A DNA stretch of 64,000 nt, taken from positions 3,666,498 to 3,730,497 of the forward strand of contig OZ037765.1 in assembly GCA_964035545.1 (NCBI GenBank). The letters are read 5' to 3'. Source of the stretch: Bugula neritina. Taxonomy: Eukaryota > Animalia > Bryozoa. This document shows positions 1 to 14,300 of this stretch, one piece after another; the stretch's first letter is position 1, and each line of letters begins with the position of its first letter. Under the pieces are notes generated by a model, which worked only from the letters and a program-made list of their open reading frames with translations, had not been told where the DNA came from and did no database searches. A program made the position numbers and the translations under genes.

Positions 1-13
1 AAATCATACTTAC

Positions 14-2807
14 GGAGTCGCCTTCTTCTCTCATATATTTTCTCAGCATACGACATCCAACATGTGACTTATTAACACCCAGACCTCTGACCAATAACCT
101 CATTGCCTTACAAAACAAAATTATGAATAATATTGTACAGATATTCATGACATATATTATAACACATTGATACTGAAAAGCGCAATGTCAACTTGCCTGC
201 TACCAATAGGCTAATGAAACTATCATCTCATACAGAAAATATTGTTATGTAATTTAAAATAGATTACATCATATAAAGGCTATATGTAGTTTATTAACAT
301 ATATTGAGTAGCATGCAATAAAAAGTTGTGGTGTCTAGCAGGTGTAATATGCATATTTACTCGAAGGTATATATAGTTAAAGGCATTAGGTATATCACTA
401 CGTAGTACAATCAACATATTGTGTTTATTTTACTGCATATTATGATAGTGTCAGCATAGAATATAAGGCAAGGTGCGTGAAATTTTACCTTTTTGTATTC
501 ACCAAACGTGTTGTAAATCAATGCCTCCATGCACAACATGTCCTGCAAACACAAAAGCAAATATGATTTAGCTCAAATTCAATTCATACTAAGCTACAAC
601 AAATATGTATTTAAATGTTACTTGCATAACATAAGCATACAAACTTAAATCAAATATATCAAGTTTTAATTCTTTATGCACTCAGTCTAAAAACTTGGGG
701 AAAGTTGATTGTCAAAGTGAAGAATATCGTCTCCTATACATAACACAGTTTGTTAGAACTTTAATTGACAAAGTTTATGGAAATTCAACAGAAAGTTAAA
801 TAGCCAAATTATAACTATAAAAGTAAGCAAATTGCATGAAAAGTTATACATTGTCTGTTTATGTGCCCATGATCACTAGATAGTAAGTTATTTATTGTAT
901 AACTAGCAAAAATTTTATATTTACCAGATCTTTTTCTGCATTATAAGCAGCAATGCTTAAGTTTTTAATGGCCGCCTTATACTTTCCCAGAGCACTGTAA
1001 GACTGAGCTTTCCTACAGTATGCTGGTACAGCAAGGGAGTCGGGAGCGTAGCAAGAGCACCCAAACTAAAGAATAATACATTTTTTATTAACCTTACATC
1101 AATATATTAGAATTGAAGAATTAAGGCTATCTGACAACAATAAAACTCTTTATTATGACTTTTTATCATGTACATTACAGACAGTACATCAACCTATGAT
1201 GAGAAAGATCATAAAGGATGTATTTTACAATTCAATATGTTATATATAGGTGAATAAAAGCCAAATATATAAAACTAATAAAATGAAATCTTCAAAGTTC
1301 TGTCAACCTAATGTGAATACGTCAATATAACTGCATCTTTGCTAAAGAATAAAATATAAATACAGCCTAAAGTTACCAAGCAATTGAATAAAATCTATGT
1401 AAAATATTTTTATTTTGACTTTGCATATAATTATTGTAAACAAACTATAATTCTATTATATAACCTTTTAGGTGAAGTGTGAAATATAATGTATACAGTT
1501 CAAGATATAAACTAGCCGACCTGATTAGCTGTAGCTGTGTGAATAGCTTTACTGAAGCTCACCAAAGCCAACTCGTGTTCACCAACTTGTTGATAGGAAA
1601 GACCCAGGTGGAAGTATGCTTCATACAACTGCAAAATACATGCTTAAAATAAATATATATCACAGTTACAATATGATCATATTACAGCTACAAGATAATC
1701 ATATCGCAGTTATAATATAATACCATGTTACACTTATAATATAGTCTTACTACAGTAATAATATAGTCATAACATAGTCATATCATATAGTCATAATAAA
1801 TCCATATAACTTCATAATGTAGTAATAGGTAATAATATATTTTTTAAAATTTTATTTGTACTTGTAATAACAAGGAGTTGTCATCTCTTTGATTCTATTG
1901 TAAACATGTTTATCTGATGCTATATTTCAAATAACTTGAATATCAGGAACATAAAACTAGTTTATTGTTATGTAATAATTAATTTTGTTGTATTAAATTA
2001 ATATCTTTCTAACAAGAACAAGATGCTTAGGACTTACAGCAATTCTATAATGATCGGTGTAGATATAGTCAGCTGGGAGGTTTTCAGTGGAGATAAAGCA
2101 AATGATTTTCTTGTAGGCTAATATTGCCTACAAGTTGATGAGTCACATATAAAGTATGCGAGGTAGAGTATACAGTAGCTATAATCAACAAATGCAAGCA
2201 TGGATTTAGCTAACAGCTTTAAAACAGATCTCAATAGAAATTAATTTAAAACTATGCTTGTATAATAAATTAGCTATAGGTGCAGGTTTGCTTTAAACAC
2301 TCAACTATGCAGTATAGCCACGTAGTTGCAAGATGTCAAAATCTTTATTTCAAAATGCCATAAGTACAATATTATCCAAGTTTCAAAATTTAATTATAAT
2401 TATTATCAAGTTTATTGCCACAGACTACACTTACATGAAGTTAACCAGCGGATAAGCCAAAGCTTGCTATACAAAAGCAGTTGAAAAGTTGTTTTCTAAT
2501 GATTAAACAAATAACTTACATTTTTGCTGCTAAAATTTTAAATATTTGCTATTTGCATCATATTCTATAGTTAGTATTATAGAGGCAGCCAATTTGATGT
2601 ATAAATCAAACAGAGCTTTTATTATGATCAATAGTAATATACAGCTGCGTGTGAATATTTTTTATAAAAGCTACAAATAGATGGTGAGATATTGAATATA
2701 ACAGATTGAGATACCTGAGCCCAGTTTTTGCTTCTCTCAGACGAGATAGCCTTCTGCAGTAACTCAGTAGCAAGTCTGCTGGTCTCTTCATAGTTGGTTA
2801 TTGGCAT
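14..2807 (-). CDS. Tetratricopeptide-repeat (TPR) protein, 3'-partial (continues beyond left edge)
   Basis: Six - strand exons with GT..AG boundaries: 2807(ATG; exon starts 2822)-2715, 2127-2038, 1628-1521, 1065-925, 542-489, 106-14. They splice into a stop-free 193-aa frame: MPITNYEETSRLATELLQKAISSERSKNWAQ|AILAYKKIICFISTENLPADYIYTDHYRIA|LYEAYFHLGLSYQQVGEHELALVSFSKAIHTATANQ|FGCSCYAPDSLAVPAYCRKAQSYSALGKYKAAIKNLSIAAYNAEKDL|DMLCMEALIYNTFGEYKK|AMRLLVRGLGVNKSHVGCRMLRKYMREEGDS. AYFHLGLSYQQVGEHELALVSFSKAI and AYCRKAQSYSALGKYKAAIKNL fit the TPR consensus. Confidence 0.85.
1660..1810. repeat. Degenerate ~22-bp minisatellite (CAGTTACAATATAATCATAT-like) in TPR gene intron
   Basis: Recurring cagttacaatatgatcata / cagctacaagataatcata / cagttataatataat / cagtaataatatagtcata units. 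Confidence 0.5.
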
Positions 2808-5800
2808 CTTCAGCTTAACTCCCTAGGAGTAGAAACACTGAGAGTAACAATGGAGTATCAACAATGAATTGCTGTGGCTTTACAATTAACAATCAAACTT
2901 GAGAAATTATGCATAAAAATAGTTTCATGAATATTATTCTTGAAATATGTAGACTTAGCATGGAATATTTAATTTTTGGCTGCATGGTCTTTGTATTACA
3001 ATGTAATACTATAATATACATATTACAAAGTATAATATATAGTAACATAGTTACTTTTTCAAATGCATTATATATTGAGGTATCCAAGAATTAAAAAGCA
3101 GCAGTTATTGAAAAAGAAATATACTTTTATGGAGCATATTTTGTTAATGGCATCTTTAACTTTTATAATATGCTAGAATTTTAACGGCAATTTTTGTATA
3201 GTTGGCTATAGTTCATAGTTTACAGGTAGGCAAAATTTAAAACTGATTATAATTCTGACAAACCCTAGCATGTAGAATTGTAAGCATAGAAATAGTTTTG
3301 CTGTCAATAATTTGTCGAGCTTGCATAGTAACAGCAATTATCTAAAATATAGTTATGAAAACAATGACAACAATGCAAATTGCTTAAAACTACCAAGAAA
3401 CAAAAATAGAAAAATTAGTACAAATTTCTCACCTGCTAAATTAATTTAATCTTTCACCTTCCAAATACTCTTGATCTAATATAGAATTGACAAGTTATGG
3501 TTGCTAGTCAGTTATTGGATTGAAACATATTTTATATTGAATTCTATACTTATAGTCATAATTTAAAATGCAGACTGCTTAGTTTAGGAGACGTAAGGAG
3601 ACACAGCCTTTAGTTCAGCTGCTAATTTATAAACTAAGGCTAAACATACTAAAGCAACTTAAATATTTAATCTAGAGTGTTGTATTATAATAGGATCAAT
3701 GTTGTCTTGACACTAGCTTCAATAGAAAACCTACAAAGCCTCATGATTGGAGAATAACAGTAGTGAGTAGGTTTTATGTACATTTCTATATCAATAACCG
3801 GAGAAATTATTATGGCTGCTTTCAAGAAGTGAATAGAAATGAATATAAAGAGGTATTTACTGATAAAATGTGAGCAAATATTACAGGTGAACACAAAGCA
3901 TAACAAGCATGTCTTATTAAACTGTGCAAAGCTAATGCAGTCTGGTTTTTGCACTTAAATTAATATTCTAGACTAGTCAGCTTACCAAATTATTTTGCAA
4001 ATTTAAAAAAACTTTTTAAAATTGTTGCTATTAGCATAAGAAGTGTATGACATAATAATACTAGATGCATATACAAGATCGAGCCAATATGCATAATTTG
4101 CAGTTGTCTTTTCTTTGTAACTTGTGTTAACATATTAGGGTTAATAAAATATGTACATAAGTACAGAAATTCCGTCATAGTAAACATTGAGTTATCAGCT
4201 ATGTATAACAATAAAGATGCAATTGTGAAAAAGCTTCTTATTATTTAGGAGTTATCTGCCTTTAAGAATATTGGGCACATATATTTTGCAAATTTGTTTC
4301 AATAAATTTTAACTTCTGAGCTCTTTATAAGCGAAGATTTGTCTTTTGGCTGAAAGTATCAGTTTTTTACCATTTAAACTATGGCATTATGTTTAAAAAA
4401 TATAAATAGGTATACAGCTATTTTTTCTTTTTTTTTGCATTTATGAATAGAAAATTTGATTGGCCGTTCAAATTGCAAAGAGATTAAACAAAGTCAAATT
4501 AAATCTCTTTGTAAGATAAGCAGACAAAAAATGACTAAAACAAAACTGTATTCTTGTCTGGCTGCAATTATTAATGAAAGAGCTTATTTAAAATGACTGC
4601 AATATACGTTCATACAGCCATTTTTTAAATTACACAATTCAACTTTGAATCTTGCAAAAGGAGTTATCAATCAGTTACTCACTTACTTAGCACTATTATT
4701 TGTAATAATATAATGAAATGCTAAGCACAACACTGAAATAATAATATGCATGGTATAAAAAGCATCAATGTGAAAAAATTTTGTTAACAGGTGTTCCTCA
4801 GAGATTTCTGAAGAGTTTGACACCGAAAACTATTTTAGCTAGTCAAAAGAGGTCAATAGTAAATAGTATTTTGCCTATTAGTTTATCATAATAATTATAT
4901 GCATAAACTTTTTAATTTGCTCACTTTTCTGTTAATTTTTAAACATAGGCCTACATATAACATCAGGCTTTGCTACACGATTTACTGATAAACTATCAGC
5001 TTTGCTATTGAAAACCCTTAACCTAAAAATATATATTAAGAAAGAAGCTACAATTAAGACTAAAATTTGTATTTTATATCAAACTTCTTTATAGATTAAA
5101 TTTATTTTCTGTGACTTTTTTACCAGTTATAATGATTTGATAGAATTTATATAGATGTATATGAGATCAGTGGCTTTTAGTTGCTCAATATAAACAGTAG
5201 GCTTGACCTTGCAAACATAAACCGCTCCCTGCGCTACATGCTACAACCAAGTTAATGTAAAGGTATAAAATCATAGTTTGTCCTTCAACTTAAAAACTCA
5301 GCTATGCTGCTTCACAGATGCCAACACATCAACACATCCGTATGTGTAGAATGTATATTCTTAGTACATGTTGTCATTTAGCAAGTATTTCTGAGTATCG
5401 TAAAAATAGATGTTGACATAGTTGCTTGTTAGCTCACGAAGTCTGTAAATTTGTTAAATTGTACTGTGTAATTTTTTAACGTATCTGGAGGTATTTGTTT
5501 TAATTGATTTAATCTCTCTTTTATATTCAAATAATTACGAGAGTACAAGTTTTATGAAACTTTTAATTGGAGCTTTTAGCACATAAGCTAAAAGACAGTT
5601 GTTATTTTATGCAGATGCAAATTTAATTTACTGGTGAAATAATTTATGCTCATCTGTGATTCATGAAAAATTTTATTGCGTGCTGGAGAATATCTTACTC
5701 CTGTCAAAAGGAGATTCAATGCGATGAAAATAAACTCAATTTGACAGCCGCTATAATAAAAATATTTATAAATAAATAATGTAGGGCATATTCACATATA

Positions 5801-7011
5801 ATCTACTTATTAGTAACTCAGCTTGTTTATTACTTTCGAGTAACTTCAAATACAACATGTAACAAGATTAACTAAATCTAATATTGTATTTACATTTATA
5901 AAAATCTTATTATTTTACGGCTAGATGAAACAATAATATTAATACACATGAAAGAAAGTTTGGCTAGAGAATTAATTTAAACTTACCTTATTACTAGCTC
6001 TGAGGTTGGCAAATTCAATCTGATGTGGCAGAAGTAAAATTAAATTGCAGTGATGCAGTTATTGCTATAAGATTAAACCCATATCGTGTAACAGTAAATT
6101 ATGGCAATGTTTGATAGTTAGTGAATTTGCTCAGCTAAATTTGTCTATAAACAAAGAAAACAGTTGCAAAATAATAATATGAACTCTGTATGTAAGCTCA
6201 CTAGTTAGATTTCCTAGGAATATTCTGGAAGTGTAGCACAGGTGGCTCCCTCTACACTGCTAACTGAGTTAGCTGATGCTTGAAGGGCTCAACTTCTATA
6301 ATAAAAACAAGTTATATTTACCAAAATATTTTATCATTTCATCTTAGTGATTAAAGTGGCAATAAGAGTGTTCTGTGCAAAGACATTAACTCATGTAGAT
6401 TACTAAGCCAATGTTTTCAATACTGCTAAGAAAAGCCCTTTTTGAAGCAGTCTGCACTATTGAATGTGTAAAATAAAAATAATTGAAAAAAAATTATGAG
6501 AACCATTTTCAAAGTGATAGTTCTATATCAATTTGTTTTGCTACAGTTTGCTTACAACATAATGATTAACGTACAGTATTTTACGATTTTTTTAATCACT
6601 GCTGTTTTAAATATACTTACAACAATTTATTTTGGGAATTTCCATTTGATTTACAGTTGACACTTGTTAAAATTACATAAAATAGTTTCTAGTTGTTTGT
6701 GGAATAAGTATCATATTTTTTATACTATTTTTACTGTTAGTTTTACCAACACAAGACTACCAGTCTGCTTAGAGAAATCAAGCAGCTTCACTAGTGTTTC
6801 TAGCAGCACAGTTAAGTTTTCAAAATTTTGGTCATCAAATATGGTTTATCTTACTAAATAATTTAGCTGTATAAACCATGTTTTTTAAAGTATTTAATTT
6901 GTACTATAAACCTATATCAATTCTACAATGCAAAAATAAAAACAGTACAACAAATTAGTGTATATAATTAGGTACAATTTTTTTAATGCTCAAATTTGTC
7001 TAAACCTCAAT

Positions 7012-7215
7012 CCCTGTGAGAACCCCTGATGACGAGGGGTTTCTTAAGCAAGTTAAATATTGCTCCTCCTGCCTTGCTAGTAAAATATTTTTGATTAAAA
7101 CCTTTTACGTGAAACACACGAGTTATTATTATAGCCAGATGCCCTTCCCATGATATCACTGATGGTCCAGCCAAAATTCGAGCTGAAGGCCTTGTGCTCT
7201 GACCCCATGGCTTCT
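7012..7215 (-). mobile_element. Diverged copy of tRNA-derived SINE family
   Basis: Shares gatgcccttccca..atcactgatgg with the 43382 and 37278 copies, and ccctgtgagaac with the 23423 copy. Confidence 0.4.
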
Positions 7216-8130
7216 CTCTACAAATAAGATTAAAAAATACTGATAATTAGTTGTTTAAAGCAACATAATTTATATAAACTATGAAAATGCATTTTCATAG
7301 TTTACCATGATAGACTACAATAATTTAAGACCATGAGTTACCTGGATAGAATTTTCTTATTGTTAAATGTAAGAGTTGTCATACTAATATTTTCTGGAGT
7401 GATTAGTTTTAATTACAGTTGCTGAATTTGTAGTACGAAGCACCTTTCAGTATTGTAAGAATCTTGTTGCACTCAGTGATATTCGATGACTCATTTTCTC
7501 TGACATATGCGTACAGATCTGCTCTTTAGAGTGAGTGAAATGAATATTCAATGAAGATGAACATTTATATTAATATTGAATAGGAATAACAATAACATGT
7601 TTATATGAATCTCATTATGCTGGCACTAAATAGACATGTGCAGCTCATGTCTATATTATACCTCTAATTAAAAATGCACCTTTCATAGTTTAATGAGCCC
7701 AAATGTGAAATTGCAGGCCGAGCAGATGCCATTGTATTTAAAAATTCACACCTAATTTAGCAGCTGAGTAAATTGTCTTCCTTTGTCTAAATAATTATAT
7801 AATTAATTCACTCACAACACGAAATCAATAAAACATTGTTATGGAAGATGCAACACGGAGTACGTTATTTTTGTGCTGAGATGTTTGCAATTATACTTCA
7901 GTGTTAAGATAACAGTGTTTTCATAAGTTGAGTTCATTTCTTATTATCTTGCACTCAATATTGAATAGTTTACACTTTGGTTTTGAGAATGCGCCTTATC
8001 TAAACCTCTATAGATTCATTATTCTTAGCACTACATTGTAATCGGTTTTATGTCTCGCAGCTTACAGATGTTTTAATATTAATGGAGCAACAACGGACGT
8101 AAAAGGCTAATCAGTTTCATTCTCGGATTC

Positions 8131-8317
8131 GGCCAATCAGATGCAAGGATTCTGTTACTCGCCTAACACGCTTTTAAGAAAAGTATTATAAGAATATACC
8201 TTGTTGGAAACCTCGTATTCTTGAGATTGCATGCGTAGCAAATATATCGTTAATCATAGCCTTACTTTATCAAAGCCTAGAGGCACTAAATTTCAAAGTT
8301 ATAATTACGTCACGTAA
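8131..8317 (+). promoter_or_regulatory. Putative Wnt5 proximal promoter elements
   Basis: GGCCAATCAG (CCAAT/NF-Y-type) at 8131-8140 and palindrome TTACGT-C-ACGTAA (ATF/CREB-like) at 8305-8317, 60-250 nt upstream of the ATG, in a locally CpG-richer stretch. Motif match only. Confidence 0.3.
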
Positions 8318-8376
8318 AATTCTCTCCAGGATTACCACTAAGATAGAAGGAATTGGCGCCACATACAAACATTGCA

Positions 8377-11300
8377 ATGAGGAAGATGCTTAAAATCGGA
8401 CAGTCTACTCTATTCATACTTTTTAACATAGCATTTCAGTGTATCACATCACAGTCATGGTAAGTACAGCTCATCACATTTGAAATCTGTTAATAGTTGT
8501 TTTAATGAGGGTTAATTAGTCTAAAACTGTAAAAGTATTAAATAGCCAACGGCCTATGTTATTAATAATAATGTTGTTGGTCTGCTTGTAGCTCTTGTAT
8601 CACCTTAAGATTATGGCATTGAAAACCTTTTAAGTCAGCCGCCATACTTTAAATTAGTTATACATGAAGTTTATATAGTATGCAGTTGTATGGCAAATCA
8701 AAGTTACATTATAATAACAGCCTATCTTGTTGCTTTAATGTCTTTAGCTTCAGAGTTTTCATTTTTAATTAAAAACAAAATCAATACACTTGGCTGTAAC
8801 ATTTTCCATCTAAAGTCATTAAACTTCATCAAGATGAGTGAAAAAGATGCAGTGTATGTGACATAAAAAGGATTTTAAGATTACATAATTCTGTAAAAGT
8901 TAAAGATGCTTTGAAGAAGAGACAGTCTTAGACTTAAACAGCAACAAATACTGATTAAAAGCATTCAGATTTTTAGCAATGCTAACTATTAGTAAAAAGT
9001 TAGTTTTTATATAGCCAATGAGAGACTATATAACAGCACCTGGGCCTACTAAATTACATTTATAGGGATTCATTTGTATCAAATATCCAGTTAATTCTTC
9101 GAAATCCTCTCTATTTGAATTAGTAAGTTGAGTAACACAATTAGCAGTGCTGTATTGTATTACCGCATTGTAGTGAGTCTTATATTGTATAAACCCATCA
9201 GTACAAACATGCTGCCTTACTGACTGTTTCACCTCATGGCAGCACCCATACAAGCAGCTATAAAAGAGTTGTTTTGACGCAATTACTGTGAGACATATGG
9301 GGTCATGATGATTAGGTAAATTCGCTTCCTATGCTACATTTGTGGGGTTTCAGTATGAACAGGTTTAACAGATCTGTACCTAATTAAGGTAAAACCTATT
9401 CTCCACACCTACAGAAACATTTGACTCATAGAAAGGAAGAAAATATATTGCACAATGAACCATTTTAAGCTCATAAAATTATTTGCAAACAATAGGCCTG
9501 GAAATAATTACCCCCAAATTACTCTTTTATCTGTTCCGCTCATAATAGAAGTTTGAACTTTATTCTTCAGTATTCTTAGGTACTAAAACCCTAATAAAAA
9601 CTGGGCAGTTATATTTCCCCTTTAAGCTGTTTATAACTTACAGCCTCAAAACAAAATATTACTTCTTGTTTGAGATGATCAACCTGTAAACAACTTCAAA
9701 ACGTTAAGTTTAAATAACTTCATGGGTGTATAGACACCAAAGTAAAATTCTATCTTACATGGACATTAGATTAAGAAGTTACACTTGCAACCTGTTGTAT
9801 GCATCAACTCATAGTTGTAGTGGTGTTTATAGTCCATCAGAATTCAAAAAGTAATAAATACCTAGCTATAAAATAATATCAACTTATATCTTCTGTTTTC
9901 TCAAAGTAGTAAATATGCAAAAGGGGAAATATTATTTAGAAATAATACAGGCGGATAAAAAATTTTCTTCACTTCACAAGTAATTGTACTTCACACTTGC
10001 ACTTTATTAATTTTAGAATAATTATAAAGTTGGGTGTAAAATGAGCATTTCACTAATGTATTTATAATAATGCTAAGTCTGCAATTGTGAGTTTAAAAAC
10101 TTTTTCAAAAGATTTATGGTTGCGAAATGAGGTGTTGAAATTTCTGGTCATTAAATGAATTCATTTTTAAGCAGTTGAAATATGATTAAATAATAATTTT
10201 CACCAATCAAAAACCTAAAATTTTCAAAGATTGATGAATATTCTTTAGTTTCTCCCACAGAATACTGAATTACCACAAGGCCATGTTGCCATTATGTTCC
10301 TCGCCAAACATGTCTAATTATTTATACAAGTTTTAAATAATGATGAATGGGTCTCAAAATATGAATATTTAATTAAAGTGAATATCATAAATGAAAAGAA
10401 GTTATATATTTGCTTATACAATTATAGAACTTGTCATTCAGCATTTGTGTGTGTGTGTGTGTGTGCGTGTGTGCGTGTGTGCGTGTGTGCGTGTGTGTGC
10501 GTATGTGTGCGTGTGTGTGCGTGTAACAATGCATGTACACATAATAATTTATAATATACATTAGCAATATATCGCTTGAATTGTAGTTGAAATTTTATAT
10601 TGAAAGCAAACGATAATTTTTAAAATGTACAGTAAGTTTATGCAAGTTTTTACAATACTGCAGTTAATCATAAATAATTTCTAAAACTGCAACATAAACT
10701 TATGACTAGTGAAAAGACAACTTTTGACACTTGCTACAGGTGATCTGGTGCCATTACTTCCTGTTTGCAAATGTTTGAAACATATGACATGGAATTTCAC
10801 TATTTTTAGCCTGGGGATATTTTTCAAATACATAATATTTTATTACACTGTAAACTAATACTACAATATCATATTTATCTCGAGCTAACTGCAATTAACC
10901 TAAAGGGTGTCAAACAGTCAACAGTAGGTGATGTTATATAATTTAAACTAGCTGATTGGAGCTGATCAAAGTTATTGATAAACTTATGGCCACCCCTTAC
11001 ATCAGCAGGTGGGGATGTGAATATCGAACTAAATAATCTAACCACTTCAATGCTAGCAGCTCACAGTTATTGTAAAAGCTTGATTTAATGAAACGGAATA
11101 ATAGATGAATAGCCTAAGAGTTTGAAAGAAAATAGAAGTTCGTAAATTCTGCGTCATAATGAATAGAAAACTTCACTAAAAGTCATTCTTAGCCATTTCA
11201 TTAATTCACAGCTTAACAAAACAGTTATTAATGTTATCCATTTCACACGAGTTTAATAGAAGGGGCCGAAATTTTATGCAAATAATGATTTCATTCCTTA

Positions 11301-14300
11301 AGCCAAGGAATTTCTCATTAATTTCTAAAACGTATTATGAAGATTAAAACTTACTTCAATTCAGCTCTGTGAATGCAAAGTATTAAACTCGCTGCTTTCA
11401 ATTAACACTCCCTACTCAACTAACACTGTTGACTCGAGGCTACAACTTACAGATATGATTTTCTACCAAAATTTGATTAATTTATTTCGATAACCAAATC
11501 ATTTAGTAGTTTATTCTTTGGAAATTTCAATCAACTTTATCTCTTGTTTTGCCAGATTTATTTGTAATAAAACAGTTTGAAACTGACAAATATTGCAAAA
11601 TTTGTTTTTATTTCAAAACTCAATATGTTGACACAAACAAAAATATGCTCAGCTGGTTATTATGATATAAATTAATGTCATGTCAACTTACAGGATTAAT
11701 TGATATTTTATAGGATGTGATATGCTGCATAATATTAACACTATAAAAAATACTATAGACCCTATCCTATATTATGCTATATGATGCTGTGCTATACTAT
11801 ACTCTGCTATGATATACAATTCTATAGCCTACTGTGCTATGCTATGGTTATATGTTATGCTCTGGTATACCATGATATTTTTCACCAGGATATCTGCTAT
11901 ACTATATGCTATACTATGCTATACTATATGCTATACTATGCTATACTATATGCTATACTATATGCTATACTATGCTATACTATGTGCTATCCTATATGCT
12001 ATACTATGTTATATTTTAGACTATAACATATGCTATACGCTATTTATGTGAGCTGATGAGCAAGAAATGCACTGAGTGTTATGATGCTTGTTCAAATTAT
12101 GGGGCACTTGTTTGGGAAGTGCTTAAAGTGTGCAGCTCACAACAAGTGCTTTGTCCTTCAGATAAACAATAATAGTATGATACTAGCCTGCTAGTTCATT
12201 CATACCTGTCATAACACTGAAATAAGACACCACCTCAGCCTAGTTGCACTACAACACACTGTAAAATCTGAATAAGATATCTTTCAAATGAATTCCTAAA
12301 GGCCATGTCATTTAGTAGTAGCTTGCTGTGGTAAAAGTATAATAATTATATCAAATTGTTCAACTCTTGAACTTTCTAGTAACTGAAACTATCAAAACTT
12401 GGCTAGGCTTTTGCATAGAAATACTTATATTGCCCTTTAACTTGTGGTAACAATTTTCTTTAAATTTTTAACTGCCTTGAGAAAAAAAAACTTCTGGCCT
12501 TATTCAATGATATTACAAATTATGTAATTGCTAATATTTGTTTTAAACACAAGTATTCACTTGAAAAATGAAAAGTATGAAAATGATTTTCAGTTGCAAA
12601 GATTTCAGTCAGAAATATACTATCAAAACCAGAAATTATCTTGGATAAAAAAACAGACCAACAGTTAAAAGTTATGTGTTATAGCAAGAGCAGTCTGTAT
12701 GTATGTAGAAAAATTCTAACAAGTAAAAAAGCTAAAACGGACCAACTTAGATTTACATTAGAAGAACTGTAATTCTCTGTCTGTCTCCATCCTACACACT
12801 TATATACATGACTAATAATATTCAACTTCTAAGTGGTCACTAAAGTAAAAAAAGCATTTCTTTAAAATATGAGTTACAGTATGTTTGAAATAGTAGCAAA
12901 GTATCCAGTATATGATCAGCTGTAAGTTCTATAATGTTACCAGAAGAATAAAATATGAATGTCAAAGTCTATCATAAGTTGTCGAGTATCACATGCATGA
13001 GGTATGTCAGTGTAGTGTATCAACTGTAATACTTTATCAGATTGTATAGCAGTTCGTGTGTATGACTCCACTGAACTATGTCTAGTATGTTACGTTGTTG
13101 CCAGTGTTACTCAGAGTAGCTAGTTATATTGACTTTCAAATCAAAGTATCATAAATAACTAAGAAATTAACAAAGTCTGCAAAAAATTGAGGTTTTGTAA
13201 AGTGCTCAATTGTATTTTCGTCAGTTGATTTAAAATTATGAGAAATTTGCTAAGCATGAAATTAGTTTCCCATTAGATAAAGAAACTTTTGAGATTGCGA
13301 CTGTTTTTTAAATCGATACGATACAATTTTGCAATACAAAATTTTTTTTTAAAAAGCGCACAGGTGTACAAATCATTCACCATTAATAATTAAATTAAAG
13401 AAAACAATAGCAGGTGTATGTATGCTTTATGAACAGCAAGCATTTACTCTAATCCAGTGGTAGGGCTCTGGAAACACCAGTGTTTTTAAATTGAAGCAGG
13501 AATAAAAACATAAACACCCAATTATAAATTATTTCTACAATTTTGATGTTTTTATTATCAGTCCATCAAAATAATTCAAATCAACAAAATGATTCACCAA
13601 TTAAAATAACACCCACTATGCCCATTCTGATTTAACCAACTGGACCTCAAAGTGCCCTTTTCAAAGTTGGTATGCTGGCCTATAATATGATGATGAAATG
13701 CAGAAATATTGCGGAGTTAAACAAAATTGTGGCATTTTGATGAGTGCTAGTTGGCAAGAGTATACTAAACCAAGACTAAATACTTCAAATAATACCTGAT
13801 AAGCATCTATCAACTTAAACATTAAAGGATTATAACAAAATATTATCATTCATAACCATAATTCAGATCTGAGCCAGTGCTGAGTAAATTGATTTTATCT
13901 CCATTATCTAGCAGACAGTGGAGAGTGTTTTCTTTAAAGTAGTTATGATAATTATTATGATTCAAACTATTAAACTATTTTAGCCGCCATAATATTATTC
14001 AATACCAGTAATTATCCATCAACAAAGTAAAAGGCAGAGCTGTTTTGCACAGACTGTAAAATGTTATTAAAGTTTGTGGCTAAGGTCTAGAAACAATTGA
14101 GCTTTAGGTCTAACACAGTTGTTCTTGTAGGGGGTCCCTATTGTTTTGTTATTTTTTGTAATAAATATCTTGATCTTAGCTCTAATGACCTCTGCATTCT
14201 ACTGTATAGGATTGTTAGCGCTAGCATATGATAACTATAAACTATAAACATCAGGGATGCAGTTCAAGTATATAACACATTACATGTAGAGACTGAGTCT

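Noticed and set aside
2435-2466. Possible 32-nt frameshifting cassette exon (tatag|...|gtaagt, - strand) in TPR intron 1
   Set aside because: Only splice-like motifs, which are frequent by chance; no other support.
2606-2791. ORF MKRPADLLLSYC... from the ORF track
   Set aside because: Wrong frame of the TPR exon 2822-2715; the MPITNYEE frame splices in phase with the next exon.
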